Of a stretch of 64,000 nt of DNA, positions 13,037-25,376 are shown in pieces. The stretch is from positions 17,298,001-17,362,000 of the forward strand of contig OZ024752.1 of NCBI GenBank assembly GCA_964016885.1. The letters are read 5' to 3'. The translations under genes and the position numbers were made by a program. Origin of the DNA: Eledone cirrhosa (Eukaryota). The notes under the pieces were generated by a model. The model was not told the DNA's origin and made no database searches. It saw only the letters and a list, made by a program, of their open reading frames with translations. Numbering within the stretch: position 1 is the first letter of the stretch; each line of letters begins with the position of its first letter.

Positions 13037-13388
13037 TACCCCGTGGTAACCACACTAAGTAAAGTACTCAATACAAAGCAGAGTATAAATACTTAATATA
13101 GAAAGGCTTCTACAGGACTAGAACTGTTTAATTCGGGAGAAATCATCAGAAATGAAACAGTTCTAGTCCTGTAGAAGACTTTCTTGATTATATATATACA
13201 TATATACATATTTATATATACATATATGTATATATATAATCTAGAAACTCTTCTACAAGACTAGAACTGTTTCATTCCTGATGATTTCTCCCGAATGAAA
13301 CAGTTCTAGTCCTGTAGAAGCCTTTCTACATTAAATATTTATACTCTGCTTTGGATTGAGTACTTTACTTAATCTGGTTACCCCGGGA
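13037..13388. repeat. Nested inverted repeat (about 140-bp arms around a (TA)n core) containing a hammerhead core
   Basis: 13037-13180 is the reverse complement of about 13245-13388. Each arm holds a ~23-bp hairpin. CTGATGA-tttctcccgaat-GAAAC agttcta GTC at 13278-13311. Confidence 0.75.
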
Positions 13389-13438
13389 TAAACACACACA
13401 CACATACACACACACCTACATACGCACACACACACACA

Positions 13439-13543
<105 letters not shown>

Positions 13544-14059
13544 ACACTTATATATATATATATATATATATAATTCATTCACATTTTTTCTATTCATGCC
13601 ATTTTTTTCTCTTCATTTTAAATAATCCTCCTGAACTGGTTAAAACTCAGAACATACAAAAAATTTCTTCTGAGTTTTAACCAGTTCAGCAGCGTTATTT
13701 AAAATGAAGAGAAAAAAAAAGACGGAAATAGAAAAAAAATTGAAGGAACTTTCCCCTCTAAATATGTATGTAAAAACTAAATATATACACGCAGTACAAA
13801 ATATATACAAGCACGTACACATAAAGAAAAGAGAGAGAGAGAAAGGGTTGGAAGATCGGAGTTTGGAAAAAAAGATGTTTTAAGCAGGCTGAGGAGTAGG
13901 TGAGTAGTCCGGTATTGGGGAATATGTGGCTGATGGAGAATGTCCAGATGTATCATGGATATTGTTATGTGTATACAGCTGTTATCGATTTCGCGTTCAC
14001 CAACTTTTGATGTAAACCCACCGTCTTCAGGTCTCCTGTGCCTACACAACGGATATCCG

Positions 14060-15637
14060 TCACCGCCAGTCTATGTTTCCTGTAAAAACGGCCCGGGATG
14101 TCGTTTTGTACAATTTCCGTCGTGTATGCACGGTGACTTCATATTGAGTCCATGTCGGCAAGGACCATGGACCATGTTTGATGTGACTATAGAGGTCCTT
14201 GCTAATCGACGGATCAGGTAGTTCGGCAGAAATGAATTTGTCGATGTAGTTTGAACCGATTTTTGTAACCAACCAAATCAAGATATGGGCATGCGGCAGC
14301 CCTCGTTTCTGCCATTCAATCGTGTACATGTCGCACCTGACAGGCCCCAAAACCTGTCCTTTCTTTAATAAATCCATTAATTTGGATAATTTCAGGCGAA
14401 ACACTCTTTCTATGAAATCGTGCCACTGTCTTGGCGTTTGACCGTGGAACTGTTCGTTTGTAATCTGCTTCCACTTGGGATTGCATGTAAACGTTATGAA
14501 AAGGTCGGGGCGCCCATAATGTCGTACGTAAGTGATGGCGTCCTGAGTCCTCTCGTGCATGTATCGGGGTCCCCCTGTGAACGTTGAAGGCAAAATACAC
14601 AATTGCCCTAAATTGTCTGGGGATACATCGTTGTTAATTCCATCGCGTAGATGAATGTAGCATTCAGATCGAAGTTTCTTTTGATTTAATTTAATGAACC
14701 ATAATCTCTCGGACTCCATTTTAACGGCAATATCAACAGCAAATTGTTGGAAAAGGTCCCGAGAACGGTGTAGACGGTTGAATGAATTCTCCCTTACCAT
14801 AAATCGGAAAGTGTAAAAATCCATGGAGGTGACAGTTTTGATAAGATGTGCCTCACCATTGTCTGCCGAATGTTGAGGAATGCCGAAATTGTATCCGTCC
14901 TCGCCGTTGACAAATAGCAATGGATACTGGAGTGCATCGTAGGACCTGTGTGTCTCATTGATACGCTGTAATGTGCTGTCTCGGTGCTGTTCACCACAAA
15001 TAACCGCAGCAATATCATTATATCTTGGTGCGTTGAACCGACTAGCGTGTTCTCCAGATGGCCTTCGGTCAGCATGTATGACCACACTAAAGTTTTGGTC
15101 GGTGGCTGTTTCCAAAGCGTACTTGAAATAGCTGGTTTTGTCATGAAGCATTTCTTGAACTTTTATTATGGTTCCAATGTTAGTTTCGGACGAAATAGAG
15201 TTTCGCATGTCTGCCTGCTCCTGATAGTTTCCAACGAAGTATAACTGAAGAAATAGAGGATCCTTTTCTGCCAAAGGCTGAATAGACCCAATCAAGTGGT
15301 AGCTCTGCCGCTGGACCTTGAAAGTCGGCATGAACCCACGTTCCGAGGCAAGCTTTTCTCCGAAGGATGTCATCTGAAACGTGGAATTGTAGCGGCGGAT
15401 ATTACGCAGAAACTTCGATGATTCCTCCGTCGTGTCTGTCAATAGGAGTTGCAATGTCTCTGGAGGGTCGTGAATAGGAGGTAGTCTAACTTTACCGTTT
15501 GAACAGTACATTCCATCTCTCTCCTCTGGCCACTTTTTCGTACGACAAAACTGGCAAGTAGAGGTCATTTCCCCAATTTGAATATCTGCATGGACGTAGC
15601 AGTCGGGGAAAGGGTCGTAGTTAAAGGCCTTCAACAA
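14060..15637 (-). pseudogene. Helitron Rep (HUH endonuclease) fragment
   Basis: Canonical Helitron Rep motifs 1 and 2 (TFTCNP; EWQKRGLPHAH), with an upstream Cys-rich region (CQFC..W..E...YC). Confidence 0.9.
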
Positions 15638-15754
15638 CCATCGTGAATTGCAAGTCCTAGAAATACCACGTAACGATGATCGCCGCTGTTCACTTTGAAG
15701 AAGTCGGCCACGTCATTGCTCTATGATTTCAGTATTTCGTGCAGCAGCAGTAGC

Positions 15755-16850
15755 AGTGGCGTCCCTGCCTCGTCGAACGGCGCATCGTCCTTCATCCTGT
15801 CGAGTGCGAGCAGCTTATGTTGCAGCGGCGTCGTTGCTACGTCGAACGGCGCGTCGTCCTTCATCCTCTCGTGCACGAGCAGCGTATGTTGCAGCGGCGT
15901 CCCTGCTACGTCGAACGGCACGTCGTCCTTCATCCTGTCGAGCGCGAGCAGCGAATGTTTCAGTGGCGTCCATGCTTCGTCGAACGGCGCGTCGTCCTTC
16001 ATCCTGTCGAGCGCGAGCGGCGGATGTTACAGTGGCGTCCCTGCTACGTCGAACGGCGCGTCGTCCTTCATCTTCTCGTGCGCGAGCAGCGGATGTTACA
16101 GTGGCGTCCCTGCTACGTCGAACGGCGCGCCGTCCTTCATCCTCTCATGCGCGAGCAGCGTATGTTGCAGCGGCGTCCCTGGCTCGTCGAACGGCGCGTC
16201 GTCCTTCATCCTCTCGTGCACGAGCAGCGGATGTTACAGTGGCGTCCCTGCTACGTCGAACGGCGCGCCGTCCTTCATCCTCTCATGCGCGAGCAGCGTA
16301 TGTTGCAGCGGCGTCCCTGGCTCGTCGAACGGCGCGTCGTCCTTCATCCTCTCGTGCACGAGCAGCGGATGTTACAGTGGCGTCCCTGCTACGTCGAACG
16401 GCGCGTCGTCCTTCATCCTCTCATGCGCGAGCAGCGTATGTTGCAGCGGCGCCCCTGCTACGTCGAACGGCGCGTCGTCCTTCATCCTCTCATGCGCGAG
16501 CAGCGTATGTTGCAGCGGCGCCCCTGCTACGTCGAACGGCGCTCGTCCTTCATACTCTCGTGCAAGGGCAGCGTATGTTGCAGCGGCGCCCCTGCTACGT
16601 CGAACGGCACGTCGTCCTTCATCCTCTCGTGCAAGAGCAGCGTATGTTGCAGCGGCGCCCCTGCTACGTCGAACGGCACGTCGTCCTTCATCCTTTCGTG
16701 CACGAGCAGCGGATGTTACAGTGGCGTCCCTGCTACGTCGAACGGCACGTCGTCCTTCATCCTTTCGTGCACTAGCAGCGGATGTTACAGTGGCGTCCCT
16801 GCTACGTCGAACGGCACGTCATCCTTCATCCTTTCGTGCGCGAGCAGCAG
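15755..16850 (-). repeat. 69-bp tandem repeat (about 15 copies) encoding a 23-aa charged repeat at the Helitron N-terminus
   Basis: Period 69 (gtcgaacggc at 15841 and 15910). One minus frame reads RRSRDAAATYAARAREDEGRRAV; several CGA>TGA stops. Confidence 0.85.
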
Positions 16851-17111
16851 TCGCGGCAGCACTTTTATTCCGTCGAAGTTCACGCCGACTGTCATCTTCC
16901 TCCGCTCTTGCAGCTGCCGTCTGCACATCATTCTGTGAGAGCCTGATCGCAGTTGCATTTATATCTTCGGTGAGACACCTTCGCTTAGACCTACTTGCAT
17001 CATTAGATAATCGACCAATGAAAGTTCTTTTCTTGGAGAGTATTGTTTTTAGAAAATTAACCAAGGAGAACGATAAATAGTGGACAAATAAATACATTAA
17101 CTAAACCTCCT

Positions 17112-17600
17112 TTAACCCTTTAGTGTTCAAACCGGCCGGAATTATTTCCCCTTCATTTGTTCAAACCGCCCAAAACCGGCCGTAAGACCCACACTTAAAT
17201 ATCGTTCTAAAAATAAACAATACCATCATCAAAATCTCGTCAATTCGAGATTACTGCGAGGTGAGGCCCTTACCGCGAAAATTAACACTTAATATAGTGA
17301 AACAACTTAAAACTACGCGTGTTTTTTTAACGTTGAATGTAGAACAGATTTTTTGTTTGTATCAACATGGCTTATGAAAGTAGCGATACCGACTTTGAAG
17401 TTTTTACATACGACGACATTCAAAATGAATAAGAAACAAAAGATAATATTAGTGATTTATCTTCAAATGATTCAGATGTTTACATTTCTGAAATTTCATC
17501 CGACGATGATTGTTGTTTTGAAAGTGAAAACGAAGATCGAACGTAAACTTCAAAAGTTATCAGGCACTAATGCAGTTTTAATGTGAACTTCAATAAATAA
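17112..17600 (+). mobile_element. piggyBac-like 5' end fragment inserted in the Helitron leader
   Basis: TTAA|CCCTTT terminus, followed by a decayed acidic N-terminus (MAYESSDTDFEVF...SDLSSNDSDVYISEISSDDD). Confidence 0.5.
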
Positions 17601-18134
17601 GTCGAATGGGCTTACCCCCCCCCCCCCCCCCCAGGCGTTACCTTGATAAGTTCAAGTAAAAGTTCATCTGTTCACCTTCCTTTATAAGCCATTGGTAACC
17701 AATACGTCTCGCTTCGTGAAAACCAAACACCAACTGAAGCAGTTATGACGTTTTGTTGCATTGATGATATCCACTTCAACATTCATCAAGTTTGTTTACT
17801 GACCCCAAGGGGTCCCCTACCTGAATTTCTGCGCAAGTGCATGCCTGCAAATTTGTAAGCCATAAGTAAACAAAAGATTAATTTTGGTGAAGATGGGAGG
17901 CAAACTGCAGGAATTATGCGGCCTTTATGCAGTAGTGCTGCTGACTCCAAACGAGAGGCTTAAGGGGGTTACCTGCCACTGGGAGGGGGGGGGGGGCACA
18001 ATCGAGGTACGGAAAAATAAAATAGCCTACGACGCGTAATAGGACTTCAGAAGCCTATGTAAAATGTAGAAATGCATGCGGTTACACAAACAGACAGACA
18101 TCTTCTGTTTTATATAACATAGATTTTCCGTTTC

Positions 18135-18885
18135 TAACATAGACACAAGACTCTCTCATTGGAATTTACATAACAACTAGGTGGATATGTATGCATGTAT
18201 GCATGTGTAGGTATGGATGTTGTATGTGTGGATGTGGATGTGGATGTTTTGGGTTATATGTGTGCATGTGTATACACTTTGTATATGCACATGTGTATAT
18301 GCAGTTATTAGATGCAACATTTTTTGAATGTTTTACATATTTTTACTGTTCCATTAATGGATTATACTTGTAATTTCCTAACTAGTTGTGTTCTTTCTGT
18401 TTCTGTGAAGCCCAGCTTCTCAATATTTGTATTGAGGCAGTTACTAACATATTCCAGTACCCCAATCATCACAGGCATAAATCTGAATAAATAATCAGGG
18501 TGGAGTATCTGCAGATTTTTCATTAGTTCTGCATAAATATTCTCCTTTTCGCTAGTCTTTGATATTATATTGGCATCTGCTGTGCAGCTAATTTCCGCTA
18601 CTGTGCATGACATCTTTTCCCTTTCCCATATCATTATATCTGGTCTGTTATGCCTGCATTTTATTGAGGTTTTTACTGGAACATTCCACCAGATCTCTTT
18701 CATATTATTTGTACGTATATCTTCCACATTGCTGTAGCTTTTAATGTGTTTATTATCGGGGCTATCTTTTCTACGGATTGCATTGTACAGTGATTTTGCC
18801 ACTACATCATGCCTCATAGGTAGATAGTACCGCGATGACATCTTTGGACAGCTGCTTATGACCGCGATGACATCTTTGGACAGCT
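18135..18885 (-). mobile_element. 3' fragment of a second R4-like RLE LINE family; related fragment at 28286-28730(+)
   Basis: RHDVVAK, WWNVPV, HNRPDI, EISC, Y..L, P..IG motifs; 3' UTR shared with 28503-28690. Confidence 0.75.
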
Positions 18886-19107
18886 AGGAGAAGGTAACTC
18901 TGAAAACGGGGATAATTCCGACATAAAACCTGCGGCTCAGTAGTTACCGATGATGTTGATCTTTTCTTCTTTTCGGGTTATAGCTACTGTCGCTCAGAGA
19001 GTGGGATTGGCTCAGTTTACAGTCTTTCCTCACTTTAAAAAATATCTTCCCGCACAGGCATTGCACGATAGAATTAATTAATAATTATTAATAATGGTAT
19101 ATCGTGC

Positions 19108-21050
19108 AATGGCCATACTCGATAACGATGGGGCAGCCATCATGTATGTATGTATGGTCGGGTCGTTGGCGACTAAACTGGCAACCCCACCAAGGTTTCT
19201 TGGTGAAGAGGGTGACTTTGGACATCCTGCAGGACTAAAATCACCGGGAAAGATGACCCCTTAGCCTTTGTCAAGGCAGAATTCTAGGAGAAGGAAAACT
19301 CTGATATAACACCTGCAACCCTGATGGTATCTAATGATGTTGACTTGTTCTTCTTTTTGGTAAATATCATCTTGTTTAAGAGAGTGGGATTGGCTTTGTG
19401 CAGTGCCTTTGCTCACTATAAAAGCTTCACGGCACCGGCATTGCTTTATATCTGGAGATCTCTCTGCATTTGTCGTCACATGGTACCATGGGCCCAGCAC
19501 TATGTGTCAATAATTGTCACAAGTGTAGTGTTTGTACGAGAGTTGTCAAGTCACTGGCTGGACTAAAAAGTCACACTCGTTCAGCGCATCGGTAGGGGTT
19601 CTCCTACATGGATATAAAATAGTGGGTGTACTCGAAAACGAGTTGGCAGCCACCATGTATGTATGTATGTATGTATGTATGTATGTATGTATGTATGTAT
19701 GTATGTATGTATGTGTCAGGTCACTAGTTGGTGCTACTGGTAACATGTATTCCAGTACAACTTGTCCCATGGTCGGGTCGTTGGCGACTAGACTGGCAAC
19801 CCCACCAAGGTTTCTTGGTGAGGAGGGTGACTTTGGACATCCTGCAGGACTAAAAACAAAACCTGTCAAAGGGCAAAGGAGCTCTTAAGTGTCAATGGCC
19901 ATCCAAAATCACCGGGAGAGATGACCCCTTAGCATTTGTCAAGGCTGAATTCTAGGAGACGGAAAACTCTGATATAACACCTGCAACCCTGATGGTATCC
20001 AATGATGTTGACTTGTTCTTCTTTTTGGTAAATATTATCTTGGTTAAGAGAGTGGGACTGGCTTTGTGCAGTGCCTTTGCTCACTATAAAAGCTTCACGG
20101 CACAGGCATTGCTTTATATCTGAAGATCTCTCTGCACTAGTCGTTACATGGTTCCATGGGCCCAGCACTATGTGTCAATAATTGTCACAAGTGTAGTGTT
20201 TGAACCAGAGTTTTCAAGTCGCTAACTGGACTAAAAGGTCACACTTGTTCAGCGCATCGGTGGGGGTTCTCCTACATGGATATAAAGTAGTGGCCGTACT
20301 CGAAAACGAGTTGGCAGCCACCATGTATGTATGTATGTCAGGTCTCCAGTTGGTGCTACTGGTAACATGTATCCCAGTACAACCTGTCTCATGGTCGGGT
20401 CGTTGGCGACTAAACTGGCAACCCCACCAAGGTTTCTTGGTGAGGAGGGTGACTTTGGACATCCTGCAGGACTAAAAACAAAACCTGTCAAAGGGCAAAG
20501 GAGCTCTTAAGAGTCAATGGCCATCCAAAATCACCGGGAGAGATGACCCCTTAGCCTTTGTCAAGGCAGAATTCTAGGAGAAGGAAAACTCTGATATAGC
20601 ACCTGCAACCCTGATGGTATCCAATGATGTTGACGTGTTCTTCTTTTTGGTAAATATCATCTTGGTTAAGAGAGTGGGACTGGCTTTGTGCAGTGCCTTT
20701 GCTCACTATAAAAGCTTCACAGCACAGGCATTGCTTTATATCTGGAGATCTCTCTGCACTTGTCGTCACATGGTACCATGGGCCCAGCACTATGTGTCAA
20801 TAATTGTCACAAGTGTAGTGTTTGTACCAAAGTTTTAAAGTCGCTGGCTGGACTAAAAAGTCACACTCGTTCAGCGCATCAGTAGGGGTTCTCCTACATG
20901 GATATAACGTAGTGGCCGTACTCGAAAACGAGTTGGCAGCCACCATGTATGTATGTATGTATGTATGTATGTATGTATGTATGTATGTATGTATGTATGT
21001 ATGTATGTATGTATGTGTGTGTGTATGTATGTATGTGTGTATGTGTGTAT
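19108..21050 (+). repeat. Head-to-tail array of three ~0.6-kb non-coding units plus a 3' stub, each ending in an (ATGT)n tail
   Basis: gcagcca(c/t)catgtatg recurs at about 19133, 19647, 20315, 20937; units are highly similar with no conserved ORF. Confidence 0.9.
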
Positions 21051-21155
21051 GTAAGCATGTATTCATGTGTGGTGCAAGTTGTAGGTACTGAACTATCGAA
21101 GATATACCCAAAATATAGATATTGTTCAGGTGTTTTGCAACTTTTATTCATATAA

Positions 21156-22345
21156 CTAAAGACGAATCCATTGTGGCAGAAAATAATCATTATTGTCAGC
21201 ACTGTACGCATTTCGAAGTCCGGATTTTTCTTTAGCTGGTGGGAAAAGCTAAGTAACTTTTCCTTTACATAAGAATCCAGCCCACCAGCTGAAACTACCT
21301 ACAGAAGAAATCAAATGATCACAGCTAGATAGAATAGCCATAACTTCTGCTGCTGAGTTACCCTTTACAAAATAAGTATTATTGTCAAATAAATTTCTTT
21401 TACACCATGATATACCATTAGAACAAACAATAAATATCACATTTTTATAATGAGATCGAAACCATTCTTTTGCCTTTATGAAATATTCCTTTGTAGCCAC
21501 GTTATATCCATCACGGTGGTTAACCATATCACCACGTCGTACATGGATTCCCACCAACGTCCAGTTCTTTATTGATGTATTTATAGAAATGTTTTCATGA
21601 GTTTTAACAAAGTTCTTTAGAATTCTAACAGCTTTCTGTTTAATGTTCTTTTTAAAAGTGAACTGGGAATGGATTTCGTCGAATATGTGTTCAAAATACT
21701 TGTAAGACTGTAAATATGTTCCAATAATAATATTGTTATTATTACTAATATTAAAGAAACTAGGATCAAAAGAACTGGCATGGTGTTCATATTTTCTTTT
21801 AGCCTTATTGCAAGAAGATTTATTTTTCTCAAAACCGTATATATTAAATATTTTTTGTAAATTTATGTTATCATTACGAATAGTCACATTCATATTTTTT
21901 AGTCTTGCTAAACCTAAACCCGTTGCAAAAACAAACATTTGATTACCCAACCTTCCAATTAAATTGATGCACACGTATTTTTGCGTAGTTCTTTGTCTTT
22001 CCAAACTTGTAGTGTTATGGTAGGTAGGTGGTTGAGTACTTGTTGTCCGTGTTTCCAAATTTGTAGTGTTATGGTAGGTAGGTGGTTGAGTGCTTGTTCG
22101 TGATTCCAAACTTGTAGTATTATGGTAGGTAGGTGAGTGAGTAGATGTTATACGTTTCTTCAACATGGTCGTCTTAAGAAGAGTAGACGGTGTGGTGAAC
22201 TTTTCCAATTTGCTATTTCTTATAAAATTGACTGGTGATTTGAAATTAACTATTCTTTGTTGAATTCCGGTGAAGGGAATTCCCATAGAGACAAAATACA
22301 GGGAAACAACAACCAAGATACAAAGTCATAGAAACTTGTGTTGAT
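21156..22345 (-). pseudogene. GT11 alpha-1,2-fucosyltransferase (FUT1/FUT2-like) coding exon with two premature stops
   Basis: Motifs GRLGNQMF, YLQSYKYF, GIHVRRGD, GSFSWWAG. Reading continues past the TAG at 21249-21251 into DYFLPQWI. TGA at 22326-22328 sits at the start of the TM anchor. Acceptor ttttacag at 22346-22353; AATAAA just after the real stop. Confidence 0.85.
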
Positions 22346-22421
22346 CTGTAAAATAAAAGTAGAAACTATATAATGTAACTAGCTGGCCCCGTGCCGTCAA
22401 AAATGATGGCTCATTGTAATA

Positions 22422-23343
22422 TCTATACATAATATAAACAAGAGATGTTTGTTGTTTGTTTGTTGGCTCTTTCGCGCTCACTCGCAAGAGTGATACAAAC
22501 ACACAAACGCACAGCCAATGTGTAGTCAATTCGCTATACATATACACAGACAAGTGTGACGAATCATAGAACGCTGGACTGCTATAGTTTCTCACCACTC
22601 TCCCTTCCTCAGTCATCACATACATGTGTGTGTATGTAATAATCATTTCTCTAAGTGTGTCTGTTTATATATATGTATGTGTAGATGCATGCGTGTATTT
22701 GTAATTGTATAGTCTATGTATCTTTCTAAATAAAACACACACACACACACGCGCACACACACACACACACACACAAATATTATATATAAATATAATTTAC
22801 ACAAACACACACACACGCACAAACACTCACATAATCATAACAGCCAATGTGTGTAGCCAATTTACTATACATATACACACACATACAGGAGTAGCGAATG
22901 TTAGACGCTGCTTCCTGTAGTTTGTCATCATCCCTTCCTTCCTCAGTCATCCCTTGTGCGTGACGTCTCACCCCTTCCTTCCACAGTTATCTCTAGTGCG
23001 TGACGTCATCACCCCTTCCTTCCTCAGTCGACGTAATCCCTCTTCCTTCCTCAGTCGACGTTATCACCCCTTCCTTCATCAGTCGACGTATTCCCTCTTC
23101 CTTCCTCAGTCGACGTTATCACCCCTTCCTTCCTCATTCGACGTTATCACCCCTTCCTTCCTCAGTCGACGTAATCACCCCTTCATTTCTCTGACGATGT
23201 AATCACCCCTTCCTTCCTCAGTCGACGTAATAAACCCTTCCTTTCTCAGTCGACGTAATACCCCTTTCCTTCCTCAGTCGACGTAATACCCCCTTCCTTT
23301 CTCAGTCGACGTAATACCCCCTTCCTTCCTCGGTCATGACTAG
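22422..23343 (+). mobile_element. Probable non-autonomous Helitron with internal minisatellite; an opposite-strand Helitron 3' end lies at 22379-22410
   Basis: A|TCTATACATAATATAAA start and CTAG|T end, but no clear subterminal hairpin. Confidence 0.55.
22995..23335. repeat. About 28-bp minisatellite (atcaccccttccttcctcagtcgacgta), about 12 copies
   Basis: Directly visible; GTCGAC in most units. Confidence 0.9.
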
Positions 23344-25376
23344 TATGTGACGGAGAGTAATTTTAAATGTAATAAATAACGAAAAATTTAGCGGAGGTAC
23401 ATAAGGAATTATGTCGACCCAGTTCTGCTTGAAGCGTTGAGTTATGGCCTTTAAGTTCTGAGTTCAAATCCCGCCGAGGTTAACTTCGCCTTTCATCCTT
23501 ACGGGGTCGAAATGGTTTAAGCATACATATATGTGTATATGTATATGTGTGTGCAAATATATATATATTTATATATATATATATATATAGTAATAATAAA
23601 CATTTGAAGACTAAAATCCAAAGAGGGCTCGATAAGGATAAAGAACCGTAGAGCAAATATTTATTAAAATAACAGATTAAAGTTTAAGCAAAGAATCGCT
23701 GCTTTCACCCTTAACGGAATCTTCTGAAACTAACAAAGTCAATCTGTAAACGCAGAAGTGAATATTTCAAAAAACGTTACAACCGGAGGAAGACAGGAAG
23801 ACGATACTTTGGTTCGTGGAAACGTTCCCTGGCAAAGAACGGGAAAAAACGAATATAATACGTCATTATTTGGAGCGGTGAAAAACAATTACACGCAAAT
23901 ATATATATATATATATATGATATTAAATAAATGGAAACTATATTTATAAAACCATATTTATTTCATTATATATATTTCAGGGATATCATATTAACAATAT
24001 GCTATGCCTTCCTCAGACAAAATACAATATAAACAGTTTTATAGATAAATAGATTTGACATACCGTACAACATCGACTTGTATTTGAAAAGTTGAATTGG
24101 CAGTGAAAAAATTGTAAACAGAAAGAAAGAAAGAGAGAAAAAAAGGAAAGAAAGACAGAAAACGAAGAAAAAGAAGAAAAAGAAGAAATGCATGGAACAA
24201 AATAGAGAGATGGAAAGATAGATAAAGAGAAGAACTTCATGTAAAGAAACAGAGAGAGATATATATAGAGAGAGGAAATAGATAGAGATAGATATATATA
24301 TAGAAAAATATGTAGTTGGACATCCGTTGAGTAAACGTATCAATGATACATTTATTTATTTATTTATTTATTTAGCTCTAGTATTAATGTAAGGGAGATA
24401 TATGTGGTTAGGAGAGAAACCAGCTGTTATAAAGAGAGAAAAATGAAAAGTAACCAGACATAGGCGAGGCATAAAAACCCTATGTTTTAATGTAGAAGTA
24501 TTAATATGTATAAAAACCAGCCACTATATTGAAAATATCAGTATTCCTGAATGAGACACGTATCCATAATGTGTGAAAAGTAATGATCTTATGTTTAGTT
24601 TTAAAAAATTCATATGTTTATATGATAACTACAAACATCGATGTGAATTTACATGATCAACTCTGCAAACCCTAAGTTCACACGGAAAACATTCTCATTG
24701 TGCTATAAAAATTTAAGTATACACATATGTGTATATATATACACATATATATATAGAGTCTATATTACTACTATTCTTGTCTTTACTCTACAAGATTATC
24801 TATCAAGCAGAAATAGAGAGCAGATTTCAATATATTAATAAAAAATATATCAGAAACAAAAACCAAAAAACAACAATAATAATAATAATAATAATAAATA
24901 AATAAATAATAATAAAAAAAAATAATAAAATAGAAAACTAAAAAATATTACGAAAAAATATTACATATTAAAAATATTATATATTAAAAATAAAAATATT
25001 AGAAAATACTACAATAATAAAAATAAACCACAAAGATCAACCCTTCAAAATTAATTGACAATATATTGCCAAGTTCATTATAAGCATCAGAGTCGAAAAC
25101 AGATAAAGCTAAAAATTATTTATCAAATCGCATCTAGCAAAAATCATTTCAAAAAGTTTAGGATGCCCATTTGGTCTACATGTGTTCTTATATTTAATAT
25201 AGAAGTTTATCTAGTGTAACGTTTATTCGAAATATTTAGAGCATCAACTTTTAGGGTAGTTTAATTTTCCATGAAGAATGTTTAAATAAAAATAAAAATA
25301 AAAAGAAGAATAAAAAGAAGAAATCGAAAGATTTATCGGCTAGTTTCCCAAATAATTATAAATCAAACTAAATATA

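Larger units (their letters stand above)
13975..18123 (-). mobile_element. Decayed autonomous Helitron: 5' terminus, N-terminal repeats and Rep domain; helicase part missing
   Basis: Rep motifs YDALQYPLL, LPSTFTGGPRYM, PDLFITFTCNPKW, IEWQKRGLPHAHIL, then frameshifted HGPC...GYP. Putative A|TCTATGTTATATAAAA 5' end at 18123 on the same strand (linkage to the ORF is inferred). Confidence 0.8.

Noticed and set aside
15695-17080. Three long overlapping plus-strand ORFs (461, 350, 373 aa)
   Set aside because: Antisense shadows of a stop-poor 69-bp repeat; the meaningful frame is on the minus strand with the Helitron.
22995-23335. CRISPR-like or regulatory repeat array
   Set aside because: Spacer-less degenerate minisatellite inside a probable Helitron.
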